Shown here: positions 17,701-28,124 of the stretch, piece after piece
Position numbering within the stretch: the stretch's first letter is position 1
Layout: the number at the start of each line of letters is the position of its first letter
Assembly (NCBI RefSeq): GCF_001644705.1
Contig: NZ_CP015137.1
Coordinates: 3,210,001-3,242,000 of the forward strand
DNA: 32,000 bases
Source of the DNA: Dickeya solani IPO 2222
GTDB taxonomy: Bacteria; Pseudomonadota; Gammaproteobacteria; Enterobacterales; Enterobacteriaceae
Direction: 5' to 3'
The notes under the pieces: model-generated
What the model saw: the letters and a program-made list of their open reading frames with translations, nothing else
Database searches by the model: none
What the model was told of the DNA's origin: nothing
Position numbers and translations under genes: made by a program

Positions 17701-20382
17701 TTAAGAAGCTACTTTATCGTTTGGGTCGAGTGCTTCTGTCAACCGTTGTTGTAACTTAAGCCGTAATTCGGGGCTTAATGCCCGTCTTTCGCTATCCGCC
17801 AGAATAAATAGGTCTTCTACCCGTTCGCCGATGGTGGAAATACGGGCGCCGTGCAGCGACAGATTAAGGTCGGCGAACACTTCGCCTACCCGCGCCAGCA
17901 GGCCGGGCTGGTCGAGCGCGATCAGCTCCATGTAACTGCGCCGGTCGGTATGCGTCGGCAAAAAACCGACTTCCGTCGGCACGCTGAAGTGGCGCAGGCG
18001 CGAGGAGGGCCGGCGCACTCGCGGATGCTGGTAATCCCGTTGGGTTAATGCCTGCTCGATAGCGTGGCGGATCATGTCGTGACGATCCGGCGCCAGCGGG
18101 CTGCCGTCCGGCTCCAGCACGATAAAGGTGTCCATCGCCATACCGTCGCGGCTGGTGAAAATCTGGGCGTCGTGCACGCTCAGGTTACGCCTGTCCAGTT
18201 CGCCGGCGACCGCGGCGAACAGGTAAGGGCGGTCCGGGCTCCAGATAAAAATTTCGGTGCCGCCACGACTGGCCTGATGGCTGATCAGCACCATCGGTTT
18301 GTTGACGTCATGCTCCAGCAGATGGCGAGCGTGCCAGGCCAGTTGATTAGGCGAATGGCGCAGGAAATAGTCGGCGCGGCAGCGGCTCCAGATGTGGTGC
18401 AGCGCTTCCTCATCGATATTGTCCATACGCAACAGCGCCAGCGCCTGCAACCGGTGATGACGCACCCGCTCGCGCAGGTCCGGTGAGTTCTGCATGCCGC
18501 GGCGCAACTGTTTCTCGGTGGCGAAATACAATTCGCGCAGCAGGCTCTGTTTCCAACTGTTCCACAGTGTCTCATTGGTGGCGCAGATATCCGCCACGGT
18601 CAGGTTCAACAGGTAGCGTAGCCGGGTTTCGCTCTGCACCTGTTCGGCGAATTGCTGGATCACCGCCGGGTCCTGAATGTCGCGGCGTTGCGCGGTGACC
18701 GACATCAGCAGATGACAGCGTACCAGCCAGGCCACCAGTTGGGTTTCCCGTGAATTCAACCCGTGCAGCGCGGCGAACTCCAGCGCGTCCTTGGCGCCCA
18801 GTTCCGAGTGGTCGCCGCCGCGCCCCTTGGCAATGTCGTGGAACAACGCCGCCAGCAGCAACAGTTCCGGTTGTGGCAGCCGTGGATACAGCTCCACGCA
18901 CAGCGGATGCGCCGCGCGGGTGGCTTCTTCGGTAAAACTTTCCAGTTTCAGCAGTACCCGGATGGTGTGTTCATCCACGGTATAGGCGTGAAACAGATCA
19001 AACTGCATCTGCCCGACGATGTTGCCCCACAATGGCATGTAGGCCCATAGCACGCTGTGGGTGTGCATCGGCAGCAATGCCCGGCTGACGGCGCGCGGAT
19101 GGCGCAAAATATTCATGAACAGGTTGCGCGCTTCCGGGATGGTGCACAACGGCTGGGCCAGATGCCGACGCGCATGGCGCAAGTGCCGCAGAGTAGTTGA
19201 GTAGATACCGGTGATTTCCTGATTGCGCACCATCAGGTAGAACATGCGGATGATGGCTTCGGGTTTGTGCTCGAACAGGGTTTCGTCACGCAGGTCGATA
19301 AGCTGGCCGCGCAACTGGAACTCCTCATCCAGCGGGCGGGGTTTCTCGCTGGCATCCAGCGCCAGAATGGCCTCGTCAAACAGCTGCAGCAGCATCTGAT
19401 TGAGTTCGCCCACCCGACGCGTCATACGGTAGAAGTCTTTCATCATGTGTTCTACCGGCGCGTTGCCTTCGCCCTGATACTGCAACAGTTGCGCCACATT
19501 GAGCTGGCGGTCGAACAACAGACGGTTATCGTAGCGGGGCAGGATCGAATGCAGAGCGAAGCGAATGCGCCACAGAAAACTCTGGCACTCGTTCAGTTCG
19601 TTGCGTTCGGCTTCGGTCAGAAAACCGAACCCTACCATTTCGTTGAGCGACGTGGCGCCAAAATGGCGGCGGGCGACCCACAGCAGGGTGTGGATGTCTC
19701 GCAGTCCGCCGGGGCTGCTCTTGATATCCGGCTCCAGATTGTAACTGGTGCTGTGGTAGCGCTGGTGGCGCTCCCGCTGCTCGGCGATCTTGGCGGGGAA
19801 AAAGGTTTCCGATGGCCAGAACGCGTCGCTGAAGATGTGTTTTTGCAGCGTCAGGAACAACGCGACGTCCCCGCAAATCATGCGGGACTCGATCAGGTTG
19901 GTGGCGACGGAAATATCCGCCCGGCCTTCTTCCAGACATTCGTCCAGCGTGCGCACGCTGTGGCCGACTTCCAGCCGCAGGTCCCACAGCAACGTGATAA
20001 AGGTGCCGATGGCCTGCGACTGGACGTCCGTCAGCTTGTGCTGGCTCAGGACCAGCAGGTCAATGTCCGACAGCGGGTGTAATTCTCCGCGCCCGTAGCC
20101 GCCTACCGCCACCAGCGCGGTTTGCGGCGTACTCTCAAAACCGTAAAAGCGCCATAGCCGTTGCATCAGGTGATCGATAAACAGCGTGCGGGCATCGATC
20201 AACGCTTCCGCGCTGACGCCGGCTTTGAATTCCTCCGCCAGCCAACTCTGGAACTGTTCCAGATGGGTTTTCAGCGTCTGGCATTTCAGCATGTCGTCCG
20301 TGAAGGTGAGGGGAGAAGCCGGTGCCGGGCGAACCGTGGTGGTGGAACCGGGGATATCGTGCGGAAGGTCTCTGTCGATCAT
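17701..20382 (-). CDS. glnD: Bifunctional PII uridylyltransferase / uridylyl-removing enzyme
   Basis: 893 aa and collinear with E. coli GlnD. Contains the nucleotidyltransferase motif [16 protein letters not shown], the HD domain ([14 protein letters not shown]) and two C-terminal ACT-like regions. Confidence 0.97.
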   Translation of the reverse strand: MIDRDLPHDIPGSTTTVRPAPASPLTFTDDMLKCQTLKTHLEQFQSWLAEEFKAGVSAEALIDARTLFIDHLMQRLWRFYGFESTPQTALVAVGGYGRGELHPLSDIDLLVLSQHKLTDVQSQAIGTFITLLWDLRLEVGHSVRTLDECLEEGRADISVATNLIESRMICGDVALFLTLQKHIFSDAFWPSETFFPAKIAEQRERHQRYHSTSYNLEPDIKSSPGGLRDIHTLLWVARRHFGATSLNEMVGFGFLTEAERNELNECQSFLWRIRFALHSILPRYDNRLLFDRQLNVAQLLQYQGEGNAPVEHMMKDFYRMTRRVGELNQMLLQLFDEAILALDASEKPRPLDEEFQLRGQLIDLRDETLFEHKPEAIIRMFYLMVRNQEITGIYSTTLRHLRHARRHLAQPLCTIPEARNLFMNILRHPRAVSRALLPMHTHSVLWAYMPLWGNIVGQMQFDLFHAYTVDEHTIRVLLKLESFTEEATRAAHPLCVELYPRLPQPELLLLAALFHDIAKGRGGDHSELGAKDALEFAALHGLNSRETQLVAWLVRCHLLMSVTAQRRDIQDPAVIQQFAEQVQSETRLRYLLNLTVADICATNETLWNSWKQSLLRELYFATEKQLRRGMQNSPDLRERVRHHRLQALALLRMDNIDEEALHHIWSRCRADYFLRHSPNQLAWHARHLLEHDVNKPMVLISHQASRGGTEIFIWSPDRPYLFAAVAGELDRRNLSVHDAQIFTSRDGMAMDTFIVLEPDGSPLAPDRHDMIRHAIEQALTQRDYQHPRVRRPSSRLRHFSVPTEVGFLPTHTDRRSYMELIALDQPGLLARVGEVFADLNLSLHGARISTIGERVEDLFILADSERRALSPELRLKLQQRLTEALDPNDKVAS

Positions 20383-20401
20383 GTTGCGCCACCATAACCA
20401 T

Positions 20402-20425
20402 AAAAAAAGCCGGCATCAGCCGGCT
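20402..20425 (-). terminator. map intrinsic terminator
   Basis: The minus strand reads AGCCGGC-tgat-GCCGGCT followed by TTTTTTT. It lies 10 nt after the map stop. Confidence 0.8.
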
Positions 20426-20434
20426 TATGCTCAA

Positions 20435-21229
20435 TTATTCCTGATGCGTGATGATGTTGGGGATGGTGTCATCCTTACGCAACGTCATTATTTCGCAGCC
20501 GTTTTCAGTCACCACAATAGTATGCTCGTACTGCGCCGACAAGCTGCGATCCTTGGTTTTTACCGTCCAGCCGTCTTTCATGGTGCGGATGCGGTAATCA
20601 CCGGCGTTGACCATCGGCTCCACGGTAAAGGCCATGCCCGGCTGCAACACCACGCCGCCGTCGTCGGCGTCATAGTGCAGCACCTGCGGCTCTTCATGGA
20701 AACCGCGGCCGATGCCATGACCGCAGTACTCGCGCACTACGGAGAAATCCTGCGCTTCCACGTATTTCTGGATTTCGCGGCCCAGCGTGCGCAACCGAAT
20801 GCCCGGTTTGATCATCCGCAGCGCCAGATACAGGCTTTCCTGAGTAATTTTGCACAGGCGTTCCCCCAGAATGGTCGGTTTGCCGACGATGAACATTTTG
20901 GAGGTGTCGCCGTGAAAATCGTCTTTGATCACCGTGACATCGATGTTGACGATATCGCCGTCTTTGAGGATTTTATCGTCGCTCGGAATACCGTGGCACA
21001 CCACTTCGTTGACGGAGATACAGACGGATTTCGGGAAGCCGTGGTAGCCGAGGCTGGCGGAAATCGCGTTTTGTTTGTTGGTGATGTGGTCATGACAGAT
21101 TCGGTCCAGCTCGCCGGTGCTTACGCCCGGCACCACGTGCGGCTCAATGATTTCCAGCACTTCCGCCGCCAGACGGCCGGCCACACGCATTTTTTCGATA
21201 TCTTCAGAGGTTTTGATTGAGATTGCCAT
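20435..21229 (-). CDS. map: Methionine aminopeptidase
   Basis: 264 aa and near-identical to E. coli Map (MAISIKTSEDIEKMRVAGRLAAEVLE...). Confidence 0.97.
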   Translation of the reverse strand: MAISIKTSEDIEKMRVAGRLAAEVLEIIEPHVVPGVSTGELDRICHDHITNKQNAISASLGYHGFPKSVCISVNEVVCHGIPSDDKILKDGDIVNIDVTVIKDDFHGDTSKMFIVGKPTILGERLCKITQESLYLALRMIKPGIRLRTLGREIQKYVEAQDFSVVREYCGHGIGRGFHEEPQVLHYDADDGGVVLQPGMAFTVEPMVNAGDYRIRTMKDGWTVKTKDRSLSAQYEHTIVVTENGCEIMTLRKDDTIPNIITHQE

Positions 21230-21402
21230 TGAATTCAGTCCACAGGTATCGCCTTTTCCGGCGAAAGAGGGTCAGTAAATAGTGATTTATGGTATCAGCC
21301 CTGCCTGACACTGCCAAATCATCATTCCGTCACGGAGTTGTCATCCCAGGCTTGGGACGTTGCGGTAGAATGCAACAAAAGTTGGTGTCCTGGCTCGGTT
21401 TA

Positions 21403-22319
<917 letters not shown>

Positions 22320-22372
22320 TAAGGTCAGCTCTGTTGAGCCCTTATTAACCAGGTATTGACATATGTTGGTTA

Positions 22373-22397
22373 GGGGGCCTTGTCAGGCCCCCTTTTT
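22373..22397 (+). terminator. Internal (attenuating) terminator between rpsB and tsf
   Basis: GGGGGCC-ttgtca-GGCCCCC followed by TTTTT. An equivalent partial terminator is known in the E. coli rpsB-tsf spacer. Confidence 0.75.
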
Positions 22398-22444
22398 ACT
22401 TATCTCTTACTTATCTCCCCCACGAGATAACCGAGGAAAAGATA

Positions 22445-23302
22445 ATGGCTGAAATTACCGCTGCCCTGGTAAAAGAACTGCGCGAACGTACCGGCGCAGG
22501 CATGATGGAATGTAAAAAAGCTCTGGTTGAAGCCAACGGCGACATCGAGCTGGCAATCGACAACATGCGTAAATCCGGCCAGGCTAAAGCTGCGAAAAAA
22601 GCAGGTCGCGTTGCTGCTGAAGGCGTGATCCTGACCAAAATTGCCGCTGACGGCAAATACGGTGTCATCGTTGAACTGAACTGCGAAACTGACTTCGTAG
22701 CAAAAGATGCCGGCTTCAAAGCGTTTGGCGAAGAAGTTATCACCGCCGCGCTGAACGAACGCATCACTGATGTTGAAGTTCTGAAAGCGAAATTCGAAGA
22801 GCAGCGCACCGCGCTGGTAGCGAAAATCGGTGAAAACATCAACATCCGTCGTATCGCTATTCAGACTGGCGACGCGCTGGGTTACTACATGCATGGCGCT
22901 CGTATCGGCGTTATGGTTGCCGCTGCCGGTGCTGACGAAGAGCTGATCAAGCACGTCGCCATGCACATCGCCGCCAGCAAACCGGAATACGTCAATGCTG
23001 AAGACGTGCCGGCTGACGTAGTTGCCCGCGAGCATCAGATCCAGCTGGACATCGCCATGCAGTCTGGCAAGCCGCGCGAAATCGCTGAGAAAATGGTTGA
23101 AGGCCGTATGCGCAAGTTCACCGGCGAGATCTCTCTGACCGGTCAGCACTTCGTAATGGACCCGAATAAAACCGTTGGCCAGTTGCTGAAAGAGCACAAT
23201 GCCTCCGTGAGTACTTTCATCCGCTACGAAGTGGGTGAAGGCATCGAGAAAGCTGAAGTTGACTTTGCTGCTGAAGTCGCAGCAATGAGCAAGCAGTCTT
23301 AA
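22445..23302 (+). CDS. tsf: Elongation factor Ts
   Basis: 285 aa and near-identical to E. coli EF-Ts ([27 protein letters not shown]...). GAGGA lies 8 nt upstream. Confidence 0.98.
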   Translation: MAEITAALVKELRERTGAGMMECKKALVEANGDIELAIDNMRKSGQAKAAKKAGRVAAEGVILTKIAADGKYGVIVELNCETDFVAKDAGFKAFGEEVITAALNERITDVEVLKAKFEEQRTALVAKIGENINIRRIAIQTGDALGYYMHGARIGVMVAAAGADEELIKHVAMHIAASKPEYVNAEDVPADVVAREHQIQLDIAMQSGKPREIAEKMVEGRMRKFTGEISLTGQHFVMDPNKTVGQLLKEHNASVSTFIRYEVGEGIEKAEVDFAAEVAAMSKQS

Positions 23303-23305
23303 TAA

Positions 23306-23337
23306 AAAAAGGAGCCGCCAGTTGGCGGTTCCTTTTT
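23306..23337 (+). terminator. tsf intrinsic terminator
   Basis: AAAAAGGAGCCGCC-agtt-GGCGGTTCCTTTTT, immediately after the double stop TAATAA. Confidence 0.85.
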
Positions 23338-23350
23338 ATCCAGCCAAACT

Positions 23351-23393
23351 ATTCGTGATACAAGCAATTCGTGGTACAAGCAATTTCATGGCA
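23351..23393. repeat. 16-bp tandem repeat, about 2.7 copies, upstream of pyrH
   Basis: ATTCGTGATACAAGCA (23351..23366), ATTCGTGGTACAAGCA (23367..23382), and a partial ATTTCATGGCA (23383..23393). Confidence 0.8.
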
Positions 23394-23474
23394 TCTGGCA
23401 ATCCCGTCTGCGGCGCGCCGGGTGTGGCAGTAATAACCCCCAGTACGATGACAGCCTGTTAGGACAAGAACACC

Positions 23475-24206
23475 ATGGCAACCAACGCAAAACCCGTATA
23501 TCAACGTATCCTGCTGAAGCTGAGTGGCGAAGCGCTGCAGGGAGCTGAAGGTTTCGGTATCGATGCGAGCATCCTCGATCGTATGGCCCAGGAAGTGAAG
23601 GAACTGGTTGAGCTAGGCATTCAGGTCGGTGTGGTGATCGGCGGCGGCAACCTGTTCCGCGGCGCTGGTCTGGCCAAAGCAGGCATGAACCGTGTGGTGG
23701 GTGATCATATGGGGATGTTGGCTACCGTCATGAACGGTCTGGCGATGCGTGATTCGCTGCATCGTGCTTATGTCAACGCCCGCCTGATGTCGGCCATTCC
23801 GCTCAATGGCGTGTGCGATAACTACAGCTGGGCTGAAGCCATCAGCCTGCTGCGCAACAACCGCGTGGTGATTTTCTCCGCCGGTACCGGCAACCCCTTC
23901 TTCACCACCGACTCCGCTGCTTGCCTGCGTGGGATTGAAATCGAGGCTGACGTGGTGTTGAAAGCCACCAAAGTGGACGGCGTATTTTCGGCTGACCCGG
24001 TGAAGGATCCCAACGCGACGCTCTATGAATCACTGAGCTATCAGGAAGTGCTGGAGCGTGAACTCAAAGTGATGGATCTGGCGGCCTTTACGCTGGCGCG
24101 TGACCATAATCTGCCGATCCGGGTGTTCAATATGAATAAGCCGGGCGCGCTGCGTCGTGTCGTCATGGGCGAAAAAGAAGGGACGTTGATCAGTAATAAC
24201 GGCTGA
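23475..24206 (+). CDS. pyrH: UMP kinase
   Basis: 243 aa and near-identical to E. coli PyrH ([23 protein letters not shown]...). Confidence 0.98.
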   Translation: MATNAKPVYQRILLKLSGEALQGAEGFGIDASILDRMAQEVKELVELGIQVGVVIGGGNLFRGAGLAKAGMNRVVGDHMGMLATVMNGLAMRDSLHRAYVNARLMSAIPLNGVCDNYSWAEAISLLRNNRVVIFSAGTGNPFFTTDSAACLRGIEIEADVVLKATKVDGVFSADPVKDPNATLYESLSYQEVLERELKVMDLAAFTLARDHNLPIRVFNMNKPGALRRVVMGEKEGTLISNNG

Positions 24207-24346
24207 CGTCTAATTTAAGGTAATATCTTGTTTTAGTGACACAAGATTGCGCCACACATCGCCAGCCTGCCGCTGGTAATCAATGATTCACCGGGTCATG
24301 CCAGTCGCGTGACCTGACTGGCAACCAGTTTTCAAGGGTTCACAAC

Positions 24347-24904
24347 GTGATTAATGAAATCAGAAAAGACGCTGAAACGCGCATGGACAAATGCGTAGAA
24401 GCTTTCAAGAACCAGATCAGCAAAGTGCGTACTGGCCGCGCGTCCCCCAGTCTTCTGGACGGTATTCATGTAGAATATTACGGTAGCGCAACCCCGCTAC
24501 GCCAGTTGGCCAACATCGTGGTGGAAGACACGCGTACACTGGCTGTCACCGTATTTGACCGGACGTTGGGCGCAGCGGTGGAAAAAGCCATCATGGCATC
24601 CGATCTGGGTCTCAACCCGATGTCTGCCGGTACGGTTATCCGCGTTCCGCTGCCGCCGCTGACGGAAGAGCGCCGTAAAGACCTGATCAAGGTAGTGCGC
24701 GGTGAAGCCGAGCAGAGCCGTGTGGCGGTGCGTAACGTTCGTCGTGATGCTAACGATAAGCTGAAGGCGCAACTGAAAGATAAGACCATCAGCGAAGATG
24801 ATGAGCGCCGTTCTCAGGACGACGTCCAGAAACTCACTGACAGCTTTATCAAGAAGATCGATGCCGTTCTGGCCGAGAAAGAAAAAGAACTGATGGATTT
24901 CTGA
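24347..24904 (+). CDS. frr: Ribosome recycling factor
   Basis: 185 aa and collinear with E. coli RRF. The start codon is GTG (24347..24349), as in E. coli. Confidence 0.97.
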   Translation: MINEIRKDAETRMDKCVEAFKNQISKVRTGRASPSLLDGIHVEYYGSATPLRQLANIVVEDTRTLAVTVFDRTLGAAVEKAIMASDLGLNPMSAGTVIRVPLPPLTEERRKDLIKVVRGEAEQSRVAVRNVRRDANDKLKAQLKDKTISEDDERRSQDDVQKLTDSFIKKIDAVLAEKEKELMDF

Positions 24905-24922
24905 TCCGTCAATCAGGCACAG

Positions 24923-24974
24923 CGCCGCGGCAGGTGCAGGGTCAGGCCCGCGCCTCCTGCGGCGTTTTGTTTTT
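24923..24974 (+). terminator. Probable frr terminator
   Basis: Imperfect GC-rich hairpin CGCCGC(ggc)AGG ... CCTGCGGCG, followed by TTTTGTTTTT (24965..24974). Confidence 0.5.
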
Positions 24975-25103
24975 CAGCTTTTGGATGCGGGATGTTTTGC
25001 GTAACGCCACGCATTTTCACACCAGCCTTGTCGACAGGCCGGCGCTGACGTTACAGACTGGCACCACGCCTGTTATCAAACCCAGCTTTATCAGGTCATA
25101 TTC

Positions 25104-26297
25104 ATGAAGCAACTGACAATCCTCGGTTCCACCGGTTCTATTGGCGTCAGTTCCCTGGCCGTGGTCAGGGCCAATCCAGACAAATTTTCGATAACGGCAC
25201 TGGTTGCCGGACGCAATGTTTCCCTGATGGCCGAACAGTGCCTGGAGTTTTGCCCGGCATACGCCTCAATGGCAGACGAAGACGCTGCGCGCGAACTCCG
25301 TATCCGGTTAAGTGAAGCCGGTAGTCAGACAACCGTGCTATCAGGCGAGAAGGCTGCCTGTGAGCTGGCGGCGCTGGACGAGGTCGATCAGGTGATGGCG
25401 GCGATTGTTGGCGCAGCCGGTTTGTTGCCGGCACTGTCGGCGATTCGCGCCGGCAAGCAGGTGCTGCTGGCGAATAAAGAATCGCTGGTGACCTGTGGCC
25501 GTCTGTTTATGGAAGAGGTTTCGAAGAACGGGGCGCAACTGTTGCCGGTTGATAGTGAACACAGCGCCATTTTTCAGAGTTTACCTGAGCCAATCCAGCG
25601 GCAACTGGGATATGCTTCCCTGAAGCAATACGGGGTTGAGCGGGTTGTGCTGACCGGTTCAGGTGGGCCATTCCGCGAGATTCCGCTTGCCGCATTGGAT
25701 TGCGTTACCCCTGATCAGGCGTGTGCCCATCCAAACTGGTCTATGGGGCGAAAAATTTCGGTGGATTCCGCCACCATGATGAATAAGGGACTGGAATATA
25801 TCGAGGCGCGTTGGCTGTTTAACGCCTCGGAAGCACAGATGGAAGTGGTTATCCATCCCCAATCAGTCATCCATTCCATGGTGCGTTACCGGGATGGCAG
25901 TGTGTTGGCACAGCTGGGGACCCCCGATATGCGGACCCCCATAGCCTATGCGATGGCCTACCCTGAGCGTGTTTTTTCCGGTGCGCCGGCGCTTGATTTC
26001 TGCCAGTTAGGGGCTTTGACCTTCTCTGCGCCGGATTTCCAGCGGTACCCTTGTCTACGTCTGGCGATCGACGCATGCAATCAAGGGCAGGCCGCTACGA
26101 CGGCGCTCAATGCGGCAAATGAAATTGCGGTTGCGGCATTTTTACAATCCGGTATCCGTTTTACCGATATCGCCGCAGTCAATCAGAGCGTGATGGAACA
26201 GTTGACATTACCTGAGCCGCAAAGCGTTGATGATGTATTGTCTATTGATACCTGGGCAAGACAAGCCGCAGAAAAAGTATTGCGGCGTTATCAGTAA
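25104..26297 (+). CDS. dxr: 1-deoxy-D-xylulose 5-phosphate reductoisomerase
   Basis: 397 aa and collinear with E. coli Dxr. Contains the NADPH motif GSTGSIG. Confidence 0.97.
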   Translation: MKQLTILGSTGSIGVSSLAVVRANPDKFSITALVAGRNVSLMAEQCLEFCPAYASMADEDAARELRIRLSEAGSQTTVLSGEKAACELAALDEVDQVMAAIVGAAGLLPALSAIRAGKQVLLANKESLVTCGRLFMEEVSKNGAQLLPVDSEHSAIFQSLPEPIQRQLGYASLKQYGVERVVLTGSGGPFREIPLAALDCVTPDQACAHPNWSMGRKISVDSATMMNKGLEYIEARWLFNASEAQMEVVIHPQSVIHSMVRYRDGSVLAQLGTPDMRTPIAYAMAYPERVFSGAPALDFCQLGALTFSAPDFQRYPCLRLAIDACNQGQAATTALNAANEIAVAAFLQSGIRFTDIAAVNQSVMEQLTLPEPQSVDDVLSIDTWARQAAEKVLRRYQ

Positions 26298-26313
26298 CCT
26301 TACGCTGGTGTGT

Positions 26314-26342
26314 TTGTTCACATGCGCCTGAAATGGTATAGT
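26314..26342 (+). promoter_or_regulatory. Candidate sigma-70 promoter (extended -10) for uppS and downstream genes
   Basis: TTGTTC (26314..26319), a 17-bp spacer ending in TGg, then TATAGT (26337..26342). Confidence 0.5.
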
Positions 26343-26390
26343 CTGCGCCGCTTGATGCAGGTGGTTATTAATAAAAGCCACGGTGATGGA

Positions 26391-26413
26391 AGGCTGTGTT
26401 CACAGCTTTTTTT
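26391..26413 (+). terminator. Short hairpin plus T7 in the uppS leader (candidate attenuator or sRNA 3' end)
   Basis: GCTGT-gttc-ACAGC (26393..26406) followed by TTTTTTT (26407..26413). It lies about 64 nt downstream of the predicted start and 65 nt upstream of the uppS ATG. The stem is only 5 bp, plus possible G-U/A-U extension. Confidence 0.4.
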
Positions 26414-26477
26414 ATGCTGTCAGGTTTGGCTGCGACTGGAATAATCATTTTCTTGCTCGAGGAAATCAATACACGCT

Positions 26478-27239
26478 ATGCCCTCCGAAAACCAACACGG
26501 TAGTCAGAAGTTGTTACCTAACGGTCCGCGCCATGTAGCGATAATCATGGATGGCAATGGCCGCTGGGCTAAACAGAGGGGAAAGCTGCGGATCTTCGGT
26601 CATCAGGCGGGAGTGAAGTCAGTACGCCGTGCGATCAGTTATGCGGTCGGCCAGAACCTTGAAGCACTGACGTTGTATGCGTTCAGCAGTGAAAACTGGA
26701 ATCGTCCGGCGCAGGAGGTTTCTGCGCTGATGGAGTTGTTTGTGCGCGTGCTGGATAGCGAAGTTAAGAACCTGCACAAGCACAATGTCCGCCTAAGAGT
26801 TATTGGTGATATCAGTCGCTTCAGTAGTCGATTGCAGGGACTTATTCGCCGCTCGGAGGCCGTGACGGAAAATAATACTGGTCTCACCCTGAATATTGCC
26901 GCGAATTATGGCGGGCGTTGGGATATTATCCACGGGGTCAGAAAAATCGCCGAACAGGTTCAGGAAGGGTTGCTGCGTCCTGATACCATTGACGAGTCGA
27001 CTCTGAGTCGCTACATGTGCTTGAACGATCTGGCTCCGGTTGATCTGCTAATAAGAACCAGTGGAGAACATCGCATCAGCAATTTCCTGCTGTGGCAGAT
27101 TGCGTATGCAGAACTCTATTTTACCGATGTTCTCTGGCCGGATTTTGACGAACAAACCTTTGAAGGTGCCATTCATGCCTTTGCTCAACGTGAGCGTCGC
27201 TTTGGGGGAACCACGCCTGACGATGCGGATGCATCGTAG
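26478..27239 (+). CDS. uppS: Undecaprenyl-diphosphate synthase
   Basis: 253 aa and collinear with E. coli UppS/IspU ([15 protein letters not shown] ... [11 protein letters not shown] ... [15 protein letters not shown]). Confidence 0.97.
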   Translation: MPSENQHGSQKLLPNGPRHVAIIMDGNGRWAKQRGKLRIFGHQAGVKSVRRAISYAVGQNLEALTLYAFSSENWNRPAQEVSALMELFVRVLDSEVKNLHKHNVRLRVIGDISRFSSRLQGLIRRSEAVTENNTGLTLNIAANYGGRWDIIHGVRKIAEQVQEGLLRPDTIDESTLSRYMCLNDLAPVDLLIRTSGEHRISNFLLWQIAYAELYFTDVLWPDFDEQTFEGAIHAFAQRERRFGGTTPDDADAS

Positions 27240-27248
27240 GGGGTATTT

Positions 27249-28103
27249 TTGCTGAAGTATCGACTGATTACTGCGCTGGTTCTTATTCCTTTGGTTATTG
27301 CGGCGCTTTTTTTCCTGCCGCCGTTGGTTTTCTCTCTGGTGACGCTGGCCGTGTGCATGCTGGCTGCCTGGGAGTGGGGTCAACTGGCTGGTCTGGTTTC
27401 TTACACACAGCGAATCTGGCTTTCCATCGCCTGCGGCTTCGTGCTGGCGGCGATGTTGCTGACTCTGCCTGATTATCACTATTCCGTTGCGCTTGCACCG
27501 GTTTGCCTTCTATGGCTATCCCTTATCTGGTGGGGCGTGGCGTTGCTGATGGTGCTGTTTTATCCGTCTTCCGCTGCGATGTGGCGCCATTCCCGCGTAC
27601 TACGTCTGTGTTTTGGCCTGTTGACCATTGTGCCTTTTTTCTGGGGTATGGTGGCGCTGCGTCAGTTCGAATATGAAACCAATCCTTTTAGCGGCGCCTG
27701 GTGGTTGCTGTATGTGATGGTGTTGGTTTGGGGGGCGGACAGCGGCGCTTACCTGTTTGGTAAACTGTTTGGCCGGCATAAGCTGGCACCGAAGGTCTCG
27801 CCGGGAAAAACCTGGGAGGGATTTATCGGCGGGCTGGCAACATCGGCGGTGATTGCGTTACTGTTTAGCCACTATGCGCCATTGTCTATTTCTACCTTTA
27901 CCTTGCTGGTTTGTTCCGTAGTGGCGACGCTGGCTTCGGTATTGGGTGATCTGACTGAGAGCATGTTCAAGCGTGAGGCCGGTATCAAGGACAGCAGTCA
28001 CCTGATTCCGGGTCACGGTGGGGTACTGGACCGTATTGACAGCCTGACCGCAGCCATCCCGGTATTTACCTGCCTGATGCTGTTGCTGTTCAAGGCCGTT
28101 TAG
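27249..28103 (+). CDS. cdsA: Phosphatidate cytidylyltransferase (CDP-diglyceride synthase)
   Basis: 284 aa and collinear with E. coli CdsA from (M)LKYRLI. The start codon here is TTG (27249..27251). Confidence 0.95.
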   Translation: MLKYRLITALVLIPLVIAALFFLPPLVFSLVTLAVCMLAAWEWGQLAGLVSYTQRIWLSIACGFVLAAMLLTLPDYHYSVALAPVCLLWLSLIWWGVALLMVLFYPSSAAMWRHSRVLRLCFGLLTIVPFFWGMVALRQFEYETNPFSGAWWLLYVMVLVWGADSGAYLFGKLFGRHKLAPKVSPGKTWEGFIGGLATSAVIALLFSHYAPLSISTFTLLVCSVVATLASVLGDLTESMFKREAGIKDSSHLIPGHGGVLDRIDSLTAAIPVFTCLMLLLFKAV

Positions 28104-28124
28104 GAATACAGGTAGCGTCTGTTT

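Noticed and set aside
20186-21220. 344-aa plus-strand ORF running antisense through the glnD start, the map terminator and nearly all of map
   Set aside because: It lies entirely opposite two very well supported genes. It crosses a terminator hairpin, has no Shine-Dalgarno, and has the R/H/A/V/G-rich low-complexity composition typical of shadow frames in GC-rich coding DNA.
22400-23197. 265-aa minus-strand ORF antisense to tsf. Similar long shadow ORFs occur opposite bamA (30109..31035, 31084..31755), glnD (19267..20082, 20186..), csdA (7021..7773), rlmM (9972..10568), rpsB (21474..22103) and tcdA (6032..6568)
   Set aside because: All are mirror frames of highly conserved genes. They have no start signals and no recognisable domains. 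Such ORFs are expected from codon bias.
26355-26444. 29-codon ORF (MQVVINKSHGDGRLCSQLFLCCQVWLRLE) in the uppS leader, considered as a possible leader peptide
   Set aside because: There is no Shine-Dalgarno upstream of the ATG and no regulatory codon run. The frame simply reads through the hairpin and T-tract. I kept it only as a note under the leader finding.
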